64,000 nt of DNA. Origin: the human T2T-CHM13v2.0 reference genome, Homo sapiens. The position numbers and the translations under genes were made by a program. The stretch is taken from the NCBI RefSeq assembly GCF_009914755.1, contig NC_060925.1. One strand, written 5' to 3'. A model generated the notes under the pieces. The model made no database searches. It had not been told where the DNA came from and saw only the letters and a list, made by a program, of their open reading frames with translations. Each line of letters starts with the position of its first letter. Position 1 is the stretch's first letter. Below, in pieces: positions 51,121-63,167 of the stretch.

Positions 51121-52036
51121 AAAGGAAGCTTGATTTGGGGAGATACAAAATAAATAACTTCATATAAAAGTACTTAATTCCTCAATACATATAAATATAT
51201 ATGTATTCATGGTGAACTGGCTAAAAGTTATATGTTGAGTTTGAATGCAGATGTTTCATATGTACTAGTGTAACATTTTAATTAAAAGCAATGGAAGCAG
51301 TAATAATTATAAACCACAGGAAAGACATAATCCTATTAAGAGTTATCTCAGTAGTATAATTGGCTCCAGGATATCAGTGAACACCCACATGACTGATATT
51401 TGAGGCCAAAAACACCTTCTGTCTTGATATGGAGGATTATGAGCAAATGAAGTCCAGAAGGTAAATATGTCACATTTTAAAATCAAAGTCCCAATTATAG
51501 ATAAAGGTGTAATCTTACAATGCCTTATTAAATATTTTTAATTAAGGTGGAATATAAACAAAATAAAATTTTCTTTACAGTTTTAAGGACTGAAGGGCTC
51601 TGCAACATATTTGTCATGCATTCATACAGCTGAGAGGCAGAAAAATAAATTGGCCAATCCTCCATTTTGATCTCCTCTTTAGCTGTATTGAAGCCTGGAT
51701 TATATCAAATCTCATCAGATTTTCGTTGTCATGATATTTTACGACAATCTTTTTTCAGTCTCATTGTCTTCTAGTTTTAGTGTTCCAAACTATTACTTAC
51801 ATTTACGCTAATTATTAGAATTCTCCCACAGTGATCAGACATCTTTATTTTACTAGGGGTTCCAGCTTTCAGCCCTTGTGTTGTTGCCAGTTTATACAGA
51901 GTTTGGTAAGATGCTGTATTCAAATAGTTAAAGAAAGGTATGATTGCTTAAAGATCTTCCATAACTGAATCAGTATTTTGACTCTAGATCTTCTTAGTGT
52001 CCTTATCAATTCCTTACTGTTAATATTCATCTTTTT

Positions 52037-52357
52037 TTATTATTATACTTTAAGTTTTAGGGTACATGTGTACAACGTGCAGGTTAGTTACATATATATA
52101 CATGTGCCATGTTGGTGTGCTGCACCCAGTAACTCGTCATTTAACATTAGGTATATCTCCAAATGCTATCCCTCCTCCCGACCCCACAACAGGCCCCGGT
52201 GTGTGATGTTCCCCTTCCTGTGTTCATGTGTTCTTATTGCTCAATTCCCACCTATGAGTGAGAACATGCGGTGTTTGGTTTTTTGTCCTTGTGATAGTTT
52301 GCTGAGAATGATGGTTTCCAGCTTCATCCATGTCCCTACAAAGGATATGAACTCATA
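52037..52357 (-). mobile_element. 5'-truncated L1PA 3' end (sense to DPYD)
   Basis: ttattatactttaagttttagggtacatgtg...cccacctatgagtgagaacatgcggtgtttgg...; TSD ATCTTTTT on both sides. Confidence 0.95.
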
Positions 52358-52603
52358 ATCTTTTTAAAAGTGAATTTTTCTTCTAGAATGTAACAAAGGA
52401 ATCTACCAAATTCCAGCACACTTTACAATTAAGCAATCAGTCAACACCATTTGCTATCATTAAGATTAAGCAGATCCAATCTAAAAATCACCCTCCATCA
52501 AGATCCATCATTAGTCATTAATCTCCCAGATTTTAATTAAACTACCAAAACTATTCATCTGAATTCATATGCAAAGGATAGAATTTTTCTTTAAACTGCC
52601 CAC

Positions 52604-52698
52604 AACTTTGGTGGGCCAAGCTGAAAGGTTCGCTTGAGCCCAAGAGTACAAGGCCAGCCCGGGCAATATACTGAGACCCCCATCTCTATTTTAAAAAA
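52604..52698 (+). mobile_element. Alu monomer fragment (FLAM-like)
   Basis: actttggtgggccaag...cgcttgagcccaagagt...gggcaatatactgagacccc. Confidence 0.75.
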
Positions 52699-55600
52699 CT
52701 GCACTGAAACACATATCAACACACTCAACTACAGAAATATGCAGTACCTTAAAACTACAGGAAGCTACCATTAGAATCAGTGACTCCTCAAATCAGATAA
52801 TCAGACACATTTCTACTATCCAGCTAAACTCCTTAGAAAGGAGAAACACTTTAAAGTAAAACTATGGCCCACAAAACAGCTTAAAGTAGGAAGTACAAGC
52901 ATGTTTTCAACAACTCTAACTCACAAAATAGTTTTAAAAAGTTAAAGCTTTAAAAGTCTTAATTTATTTAAGAATATATTTCCAAAAGATCTGCAGTGCC
53001 CAGTCAATAAAAGGAAGGAGAAAAGAAATGACTGATGCTTACACATTCAGTAAAAATATATCCATTTAAATCAATAAACAACTCATGGCTTTGTATAAAG
53101 TGGAATCTTTATTATCTTTTTTGGATCCATGATTCTCCTTCCTCCCCAGCAGCAAAGGCAATTATGATAAAAGATGTTCTGAAAATTTTTTTGCCATCTC
53201 TGCCAATTTATAACCCATGACTTTCCTTGTTTCAAAATTTGTAAAGTCCACTTTCTCCAAGTCTTTCCCATTATGCTTCTATTTTCCAAATTCGCTATTT
53301 TTAATCTCATTTTCCTAGTTAATCATACAGAAAATTCCCAATTACCTTTTCAAATGAATAGAAGTCACAGTATCAGTAATTCCGAAACCATTTCTGTTTG
53401 ACTTAAAATGCATTTGATTTTGTGGACAATGGACTAAAATCCCTTTTTCATTCAGGGTAAATGTGAATTAAGTTTATAACCCTTTAACATTCACTAACTG
53501 ATCATTCAAGGAATGGGCCTTGTGATTGTGACTGTGGTAGCAGTACAGTAACAGATAGCAACTTGGTTTGGCTACAAATATATATCAAAAGTACTAGTAT
53601 TCAAATAGTTAAAAGCTTGCTGCAGCTGCATACATTTCGTTTAGATATATATACTTTCAAAGTCTATTCTCATTATCCTTGCCGGTGGAGGGGAACAAGG
53701 TCTTGAACAAAAGAGTACTGTTTCAAAATAATTCTCATTTCCTTTCAAGTGTGCAGATATTCACAATATACTGGCTGTAAATTCAATCTAAATGAAGAAG
53801 TGCTGTTAAGTTACTGCTGAGGCCTGGGAAAGTGACCAATGTCCAATACTAACCTTCTTTGAAACCATCCCAGGAGAGTTTGTATTAAAGTCATCGTTGA
53901 CAAAATTCAGACTGTATCCAAACAGTACACTCACAAAGCAAAATAACTTCTAAAAGCATATAACTACTATTAACGGACTTTAAAATGCTAATCATTTCAT
54001 TGGAAGTGATTTTCCTGAGAATAAGATATATTTTTCTGTTATCTTTATTTTTTAACATTTTTGTCCTTTTTCCCAACAAGATGCTGTCAACTTGTGACAT
54101 TTGTTTATTATCCTTAGCAGATTTTCCATGTGCAATTCAGAGAGGCTAACTTGCCCAAACACACAGCTTAAAGTTAGACCTCAATCAGAGGCAGTTGGTT
54201 TCAGAAGCCAGGCTCTGAACCACATTAATATATCTGAAAAAAAACATGATTTCTCATGCAACTTCTATGATTACAACAACAACAACAACAATTCTGAGTA
54301 ATGAGCTAGGTCCTATTACCAAGTAACACATCCTTTCCTTGCCTATCTCCCAGCCCAGGGATATTCCAGCTATGGAGTTTGGTGATCTGATTGTTTTCCA
54401 TGTTCCTAACCGTCAAATCCTGATGTGATATTGGATTCAGACTAGAAATTATGAAGCAGGCACACAAAGCACCTTTATATATACCTCAATAACTTTTCCC
54501 CCAGAAACAAAGATATTTCTTGGCTGTTTCACTGAAACCTGAGGTTCTGTAGTTAGCTCATAGGGAAAAGTCAGTCACTATTAGAGTAGGTTGTTATCAT
54601 CACCTTCTGTTCTTTTAACAATTGTCAAGTACTTTTCACATTTATCAATGTGTTCTTATCACATTCATTAACTGCTTCATACCAATATTTTTAAAATATT
54701 ACTTGCTTATCCATGTATTTGAAGCTAAAACAATGATCACAATCAGATCTCTAGACAATGGTTGTAATGAATTTGTTCAAGAAAAGCATTCAAATTTGAT
54801 GGAAAACTGAGCCTTTATAATTCATTCTAATTCTTCAACACAAAAATGAACTTTGGTAAATCAATAGGATCAACTGAGGCATTTATGCTTGAATGTGCTC
54901 CCCTAAGCTTAATGTATTTTTCCTCACTGCATTATATTTTAATGATTAATTTCATGCTCTTTCATGGTATTCTAGCTCATGAATCACGGGTATTACTTTG
55001 AGGGAAAAGTAAGGTGCTGTGAGTGATGAAAGATGTTACTGATTAAAGTGTTGCACATATGAACTACATAAGAGCTGAAGGTGTTTGAACACCAGCAATC
55101 TAGATTAAAAGTAATATTAGGCAAACTGGCCATATAGACTAAGGTTGAATTGAGTGGAGGGAGTGGGAAGGATGGGCTTCTTAAATGTTCTTAGTTGAAA
55201 CAATATATGAAATCAAGCTTGGCATTCAATGTTTCACTGGCATCTTTCTCCTCAGTAGAATGTAAGAACTGATTTCGAAGACAACTGCAGAGAAAGAAAT
55301 CAGTTAAGCAGATAACACACCATTCTGAAATTAAAGAGCCAAAAGCCACCCATCCTAAGTCAACTCCGATATCTTAAATCAATACTGCCTTAATACTGTC
55401 AGAAGCTTGTTTTTCGACTTAGTAAATAAAATTTTTTAAAAAGTTAAGTCAAAGTCACAAGGACCAAAAAGGAATAGACTACCCTAAATGAAATATAGAA
55501 AAAGACAAGTATCTATTATCCTGCACACAGATGAACAAATATTTGTTAAATATATCATATTGCTCAATATCAAAAAGTCAACTCTCCAAAACAGAAACCA

Positions 55601-56727
55601 AAAGTAAACTAACCAGAGATGTCCACATAATACACTTTGGCTCTTGTTACTAAAATGATTTTTCAAACCAAGTTATGGAGCCTGGAGAAAACAGGACTAC
55701 TTCCTCCCAGAATATAAAGTTTCTTCAATTACGGAGGCAAAATGTGGCAAAAGCAGCTATTTTGCAAACAGGTGGTTTGCAAAACTTTTACTTAAGCCGC
55801 CAAAAGGACTGACGAAAGGAAAATTTTGTTATTTCTAAAGAAAACACACACACACATAATTTTCTACCAGAGTAGAAGACTCAAATAAAGAAAAGCCCCA
55901 AACAAAACAGAAAACTAAAAATCAGTTTGTCTTAGCTCAAAAGTGCTGACCTAGGTTTAGTATGTGTAAAATCACTGTTGATAATTAAATCCTTTTCATC
56001 GCATATATTAAGATACTAGAGAGAAAGGAAATGCCATGTCGTTTCAGGTAGGACCTTATTTACATAAAAAAAGATTTTTTTTAACAGAAACGGAGTGCAA
56101 GAGGGAATCAAAAACCGTTGAGAGGAGAGAAAAATACAGTTAGTTTTTCTGAGGGCACTGCATTTTTCATGTTCTGAATACTTCGTTCCATTCTCTCCAT
56201 GTTAAATTATTTCATAAACAATACTATGACTAGAGGCGACTGCTACAGCTGACACACAGATGTTTTATTTCTATGCTTCACCTTTGCAAATAGCAGGATT
56301 CAGCTATTGGAAATGGGGGCAGTGGAGGTGTCCAGAAACGACATACAGGAGGTGAAGGGGTAGAACGTGTGGGAAATGGGCACTCCTACCCCCTAGAGTC
56401 CACCTCTCTGGAACTCCAGTGCTTCTTCAGTCACTGACATTCAGAGGAGGACAAGACAGGCTTCCTGAAATCTCTTCCGAAGTAAACAGGTCCCGACGCA
56501 AAGGGCAACCCCTCCAGTAGCGGAAAGTCCTCCCCTGAGCTCCCCGCCTGCCCACGCGGGCCTGTGGCTCCGCGCTCCTCCGCTCCCCCGCAGAGCTCCC
56601 ACGGGGGAAACTTTCCCGCGTCTCTCACTCTCCGGGGTGCGGGGGCCGCGGGGGCCTCCCCGGCACCTACCCGCAGAGCACTCCCCACCACCCCGCCACC
56701 ACCGACGAGCCGGCGCGAAGTCCGTAC

Positions 56728-56766
56728 CTCGATGTCCGCCGAGTCCTTACTGAGCACAGGGGCCAT
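56728..56766 (-). CDS. DPYD: DPYD exon 1 coding part (codons 1-13, MAPVLSKDSADIE)
   Basis: Minus strand reads GCC ATG G (strong Kozak) then GCCCCTGTGCTCAGTAAGGACTCGGCGGACATCGAG followed by donor GTACGG at 56727. The peptide is the N-terminus of human dihydropyrimidine dehydrogenase and continues in frame into exon 2. Confidence 0.98.
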
Positions 56767-56880
56767 GGCAGTGCCTACAGTCTCGAGTCTGCCAGTGACA
56801 AACCCTCCTTGCGTCCTCAAGCTCCAGCCAGAGAGCCAAGTGACAGCAGCCGGAGCGCGAGTCGAAAACAGGCAGACTAG
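56767..56880 (-). other. DPYD: DPYD exon 1 5'UTR (TSS approximately 56878, approximate)
   Basis: Sequence between the GC-box cluster and the ATG, with no upstream ATG. TSS position comes from recollection of the mRNA start and is not directly observable. Confidence 0.8.
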
Positions 56881-56892
56881 GGCCGGCGGCGC

Positions 56893-56936
56893 GGGGGCGG
56901 AGCGGGCGCGGGGCGGCAACGCCCCCGGGGCGGGGC
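56893..56936 (+). promoter_or_regulatory. Sp/KLF GC-box cluster
   Basis: GGGGGCGGAG (56893), GGGGCGG (56910) and GGGGCGGGGC (56927) lie immediately upstream of the TSS. Confidence 0.8.
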
Positions 56937-57809
56937 TGCGCTCTCGGTCCTGCGGCTCCCGCGCCAGGCACGGCAGCCGCAGCCCGGCCTTCCCAGTTCA
57001 GCCCGCTCCGCGCCCCAGCCTGCAAGCAGAAGGGAGGGAGGGAGTAGAGCACCCGCTCTGGGGACTGGCCTTTAATCTCTAAACTGCTAAAAACAGAGCT
57101 AGGCAGGCGGGGCCAGATAGGAGGGATCCCCAGGCAAAGGTAAAAGCAGTCCGCGCTCCAAGCAACAACTTGCACTTTTTCTTTTCTTCCACAGAAACCC
57201 CGCGAGATGTAGATACATTGTTTGAGGGGCAACTGCATTTTCAGGAACTCCTCAAGGATGAAATAGTAGATGTTCCTCCATCCATCCACCAAGTAGGTGG
57301 GCGGGGTTTGAGCTGCAGTGGAGGATACCAAAGCACCGGTCTTCTGAGAGTTCACAGCCCCAGCGGGGAGGGGAGGGAGGCGAGCAAAAACATCCACAGC
57401 CCGCAGCAGCATACAGGAAGTGCTGCAGGTGGTACATAATCAAGGTTGTCTTTTTGCAGGAAAGTCTCATTTTAATGGTTATTTTTTTAAATATTTTTTA
57501 TTCTAAAACGTGAAACTCTTTTGAAAAGTTGCTCTTCGTTTTTGCTCTAGAGCTTGCTGAGGAGAAGGGAGAGATTTCCTGTAGAGTTGGTCCCAATCCA
57601 GAAAACATTCACCTCGTTTTTTGAGGATATGTGTACTCCAGACCTCTCTCCTTTTCTCCCCGCCCCCCCCCCCACCCCTGTTAGATGCATCCCACCTCTC
57701 TTCTACCATAACACTTTCTACTTCCGTTAGGACATTTGCGGCACTCCTTCATGCACTTGGCTAGGTAGTGACACCTTGGAGTCAAGTATTTCTCCCTTAT
57801 TATTTTTTC

Positions 57810-58060
57810 ATTAGTCCATTCATCGTTTTATTCAACGAATATGTTTATTGAGCATTTTCAATATGCCAGACACAGACACTGTGCTAGGTTCTCCGGATAT
57901 AGTCTTCAAGAATACACATCACTGTCATGGAGATTATACTCAAAATAAGCAAGTAAGAAAATGTGATGCCTGCTTGTAAGATAAAAGAAAAATAGGACAG
58001 AATAACTAGGGTATGGGTACCTTGCGTGGTTGAGAAGGCTTCTCTGAACAAACCATCAGA
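57810..58060 (-). mobile_element. L2 3' end
   Basis: ttcaacgaatatgtttattgagcattttcaatatgccagacac...tgtgctagg. Confidence 0.75.
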
Positions 58061-58099
58061 TTACCTTCCAGAACCTGGAAATTACTAAAAGACAGATAC

Positions 58100-58870
58100 A
58101 TTTTTCTTGAATCAAATATTAACAGACACTAGAAAGTTAAATGGAAACCTTAGAATCATCTTTGACTCCTTTATCCTTATTGCCTCATTTAATCTATGCC
58201 CAAACTCTCAGAAGTCAACCTCCTAAATAGATTTTGAATCATTCATTTCTCCATTTTGCTGCATCCACCATGGTCCAAGCTACTGGTATTCTAGCTTCTA
58301 TTCTTACCTCATATCCATACCAGATTGAGCTTTAGAAAGTATTAACTGGCTCATGCCATACAACGATACATCCACACACCCAGGTACCCATGGTATAAAT
58401 CCTTCAATGGTCCATTGCAGTCAGAATATAATACAAACTCCCTAGTAACCGCTGAATAACCTGCTCTACTCCGCTTCTCCGCCACTCTTGCCCTGACTCA
58501 TTATGTTCCAACCACAAGGTAATCTTCTCATCCTCCATCCACTTCTCTACCTTTGCACATTGCCCTCCACTTGGAGCTCTTCTTCCCCTTCTACTCATCA
58601 TTTAGGTCTCACTGAAGCCTTTATGATCTAACCCCATCACCAACAAAATTACACCCACTCTGTCTTTTTCATTATATTTCGTCTTCATAGACTTTTCAAA
58701 TGTTGTTTAAATATTTATTTGAATGTGATTCATTTAATATATGTCTTCTATTTAGAGAGGAAGCTCCAGGAAGAGGGGGCCCATGTGTACTTTTATTGTT
58801 TACTGGATACTCAGTTCCTAGCTCAGGACTGAAGCATAAGAGACCAAGAACACTTGGTGATTGAATGAAC
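58100..58870 (+). mobile_element. L2 (3' region)
   Basis: aaaccttagaatcatctttgactcc...ccaccatggtccaagc...gaagctccagg...ttgaatgaa. Confidence 0.8.
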
Positions 58871-59106
58871 AGAGTACATTCGTTTATACACTGGGCAGTT
58901 CATTTTAGAAACTTTAGTTTCTCTGCATCACATATTCTCATTGTCCTACTTACTGCTGAGAAATAGGTCACAATATCTATCAATGAATTTGTAGTTAAAA
59001 TGGGTCAAAATAACTACTTATCTTTTCATGGAGTAATGTTCCAAAGTCAGATGTTCCTGCATCTCCCTACAACCACACCTTACCCACTTACTCTAGATCC
59101 TCTTGG

Positions 59107-59290
59107 AGATATAGAGAGATAGATAAATCTATCTATATCTATTTTTCTATCAGTCTATATATATAAATACACATATAAACACCCAAATACATACATACAT
59201 ATACACACATATGTATATATTGAGAAAAGATATACACATATAAACATATATAAATTTACAAATATAATATATATAATTATAATACATATG
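59107..59290. repeat. TA/CA-rich low-complexity tract
   Basis: gatatagagagatagata...atacatacatatacacacatatg. Confidence 0.8.
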
Positions 59291-61097
59291 ATTTCTTCCC
59301 CAATTTAATCAGTCAGGTTCAATGTTCAATTTCCTAACTTACAGGGATACAGGCTTATTGCTCTTTCAGGTTACACTTTAACATACATCTTATCAGTTAG
59401 CAATTGATAGTTAATTTATGTGTACAAGAATCCAAGTTATCTTTAAGAGTTATACAGTGTATTTTCATATTCGTTTTCTGTTATAATTCTCCTAAACAAC
59501 TATAGAGGATAAGTCCAATATACGGTGGTTTTCCAAAGATAAGAGTTTCATCGGTGATAGTCAATAATCAAATATAAAATTTAAATGCTATTTACCATCC
59601 CCCCCAACTTCATCAAACAGATGTATCCTGTTCTGACATATTAATTAAGGCATCTAATCACATTGCTCACGTGCCACACCTATGCTCTGTGATCAGTGAT
59701 TTAATCTAATAATATTTTAAATTCATTGAAATTGCACATTAAGCACAGTTGTACCTGTAAATAATGCAAGCTGTTTAAAGCTTTTACTGCAAATGCATTT
59801 GCACCACACTTTTTAAAAGTTGTAAATTATGATGGCGTTTGTCAAGCTGTCCCTCCATCTGGAAGCACAGTGAAATATCAGGTGTTCCACATTAATTTTT
59901 TGTAGGCTTTGGAGAAACAGCTTATGTTTGAACCTAATAGTTTACAGTACATAAATGAATATTATTACTACCAAAGTCAGAAGTAGGACTTATGAGTCAT
60001 CTTTAATTTCACATCTAAAAAGTTATTCAATATTACAAATTTAGAAACACAACAAAAATTCAGATTTCCATATGCCTTTATTTTCCCTTTGCAGTGTAGC
60101 ATTAAGAGATTTTTTTTGGTGGGGGACATTTCTTTGAAAATGATTTCCTCCCAAAAAGTCAGAGGCTGAATGATCATGAGGTGCATTTTTTCCGCTGTCT
60201 GATTTTCAAGGGCCAAATTAATTCCTACCCATATTGACCAGTAGGATAATGACTAAAGATCAGTTAGGCCCAAATATTTCCAGCATTCCTGTTAAAAAGA
60301 CCAAAAGGAATACGTTGGTTCATATTTCATGGAACAAACAGTATAATGTGCTCAACTACAAGTCTATCATATTGCATATATAGATATGCAGTATATCAGC
60401 ATGTATTATGTAAATGCCATAAAAAGCACAGATAACACAGAGAAACTACAAACCTCTCCCATAAATTTATTTAGCAATTATTTATTGAGTACAATTGTTT
60501 CAGACACTGTCATAAGCATTAGTGACATCTCAGTGGACAATAGAGACATTGTCTCTGTTACCACAAACCTTTAGCCACTAAATGAAAAACAAAAATTGCC
60601 GCTTAGTGATTTTAAATGAGTGGTTTAACTGAATGGATTACTATGAGAGTCAGATGTCAAAATATATGCAATAGTATTTTGTAAATTGAACAGTGTCATA
60701 TAAATTAAATATTACAAATTTAAAGATATAATCTTTCAATGCCCACGTTCCCACGTTCTAGAAAAATGTCATTAATGCATGATTGCCTATGAAAGATTTT
60801 GGGTAAAATGCAGTGTAAGGGGAAAGTTTATAGACTTATCTAACTTAAAGTGGGGGAAAACATCCTTTAGAATGAATGTCCCCTGAAATAATTTGCCTTA
60901 CTACTTAGGGGTCTTTTCCTTGGCCTTGTTGGTTTCCTCTCACCATCTAATATTGTCACAATTCCAAGAACTGGCATTTAAAGTGGTTTCTTGTTTTATT
61001 GCTGGAATTTTATTGTTTTATAATTTCTAGTTCATTTACATTTGAGCAAGTTCTTCATATCCTTGCCTTAAAGTATGTATTTTCCCTTTTGGTTATC

Positions 61098-61563
61098 TGT
61101 AGCAGATGTTATGATGTGCTTCACAGATCACCACCCATCCCCCAACCCATTCAAAACTGAGGCACTCATTCTCTCAGCTCCTGGGAATGTTAGTGGTTGA
61201 CAGCTGTCTGCTGAGTCCCTCTCTGGAAATTGCCCCTGGCTAAGAGAGACATCTCACTGGAAGTTCAAGCCCTTTCCTGGGGTAGCAGATATCCAATGAC
61301 AGTTGATGTGGGAATTTAAAGGCTGGGCCCTTGCCTCAATTCAAGACACCTTTTAGGGGCCATCCCACCTTCAGAGGTCCCTCAAGGGATTAGCTGGGAC
61401 ATAAGTTGGGACGTCTGTAGAGTTCAGCTTCTCCCTTTGCCCATCCTGCTTCATTTCCTTGCTCTCACTGGGCCTCATACAGACAGCACTGAATAATGAA
61501 TATACTTCCTGCACACACATTTCTATTGCAAAGTCTGCTTCCTAGTGAACCTAAGCTGCATTG
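61098..61563 (+). mobile_element. ERVL solo LTR (LTR16-like)
   Basis: tgtagcagatg...ctgaggcactcattc...gggcccttgcctcaa...aagtctgcttcctagtgaacc. Confidence 0.75.
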
Positions 61564-61699
61564 TTACCTCTGTATATTAATTAACAAATGGTCTATACTG
61601 CATGTAAAATGTACATGCTTAATTATCATCATGCCTGGACATAAAAATTAACTCATATTTTTAAATCTCATCATTTATTTCATTGTTCTGAGATGTTTC

Positions 61700-62285
61700 T
61701 GTATTTGTTCATTCATTCTTATCACTGATAATTATGTGCCGAACACATGCTAGGTTCAGTGGAAAACACTAGAGGTACCGTGATGAGCAAAATAAAAGTG
61801 AACTCTTATTCTCCTGCGCTTTGCAGATTAGTTAGGGAGATGGACATTTGCAAAATAATCACACAAAAATATATTTACTGCAAATGGCAACATCAATGAA
61901 AAACAAAAGGCTGTTATAGTAGAGGGCCCTGAGAAATCAATGGAGTCCTTGAGGTAATGGCCTTACTGCTGAGACCTAAAGGACAACGTAAGAGTTAAAA
62001 AGGCAAAAGGAGGTTATTAAAAGACTTCCGGGAAAGGAGAGCAAAGTGTAAAAGCTCCAGGGTCAGAGATATCCAACAGGGAAAGAAGGCCCTGATGGCT
62101 GGAGTTTAAGCAACTAGTGGGAGAGTGACCCAGGGTGAAGCTGCAAGATAAGAATGCCATGTTTTATTTAGTCTTTGTTTAGGGTTTTGAACTTTATTCT
62201 ATAAGAAATGGGAAGCCATGAAAGTTTTTTAAAGTAGAAGAATGGTATGATCAAGTGTGTATTTTGAAGTATTACTCTGATTGCA
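61700..62285 (-). mobile_element. L2 3' region
   Basis: ttgttcattcatt...tatgtgcc...gctgagacctaaagga...aatgggaagccatgaaag. Confidence 0.75.
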
Positions 62286-63167
62286 ATGTATGTGTAATTG
62301 CATATTCATATACTCACTTGGTTGAATGTGTGAAAATCAACCAAGGCAAGTGATTTCTGGAGATGGGCTCAGTCATTTCCTGTGCATGCTAGCCTGGGTG
62401 GTAATCATAAGTGCCATTAGAAACCAAAATAGTACATTTCTACCATATATTAACACCGTTGCAATTTAGCATGTTGTGGCACTTAAAAGGCAGATCTCTG
62501 TTTTTAATCAGAGGCCAGAAAGAAAAACCTACACTCCAGAAGGATTTCCCTCTCTCAGTCACTGGCTCTCATTCTGTTTTCCTACATAAAATTATAATCA
62601 TCAATTTTTAATCATCTGAATAATGAACGATGTGCTGTTCTTGTTCTGCAGTTTGTTTTCATGATTTCCACTACCCCTACCCCTACACTACCCCTACACT
62701 GTAAGATCCTTGATAATTTTTAATGGGTCTTATCTTTTTATCCTCCATGCCTAACATAGTACCTAGTACATAGCAGGTAAATAAATATTATGAATAACTA
62801 TCATATTTTTATCTTAAAACTTCATTGCAGATCATTATTTAGCATTACTCTTTTTCCACATAGCAGAGAGTATAGAAAGCCTAAGGGGAAAAGATTTCCA
62901 GTGATATACAAATAGATAAAGGGCATCAATGGCCAACTCACAAAAAAGGGAATACAAGCAGTTAATGAAAATGTGAAAATTGAGTCAACCCAATCAGTAA
63001 TCAAAGCAATGTCAAAAAATTATAATGACATAGAGTTTTTCACACATCAAACTGGCAAAGATTTTTTAAGGAAATGAAGGTGCAATAAAATTAACAGGTT
63101 CGTAAGATTCCATAATGAGTAAAAACTTAGTATAGTATATAGGCAGGGCAGTTGAGCAATACATAGC

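Larger units (their letters stand above)
56520..57170. promoter_or_regulatory. DPYD: CpG island / TATA-less DPYD promoter
   Basis: Sharp GC and CpG enrichment against an AT-rich background, spanning the TSS, exon 1 and the start of intron 1. Confidence 0.93.

Noticed and set aside
56431-56919. 162-aa ORF containing MAPVLSKDSADIE as a standalone gene
   Set aside because: It is the 5'UTR plus exon 1 plus intron 1 read-through. It starts at a TTG upstream of the likely TSS, and the true CDS splices at 56728.
56564-57470. 172-aa, 221-aa, 89-aa and 72-aa ORFs over the promoter
   Set aside because: Expected from stop-codon scarcity in a CpG island; mostly non-ATG starts, low-complexity Ala/Gly/Pro/Arg content and no recognisable domain.
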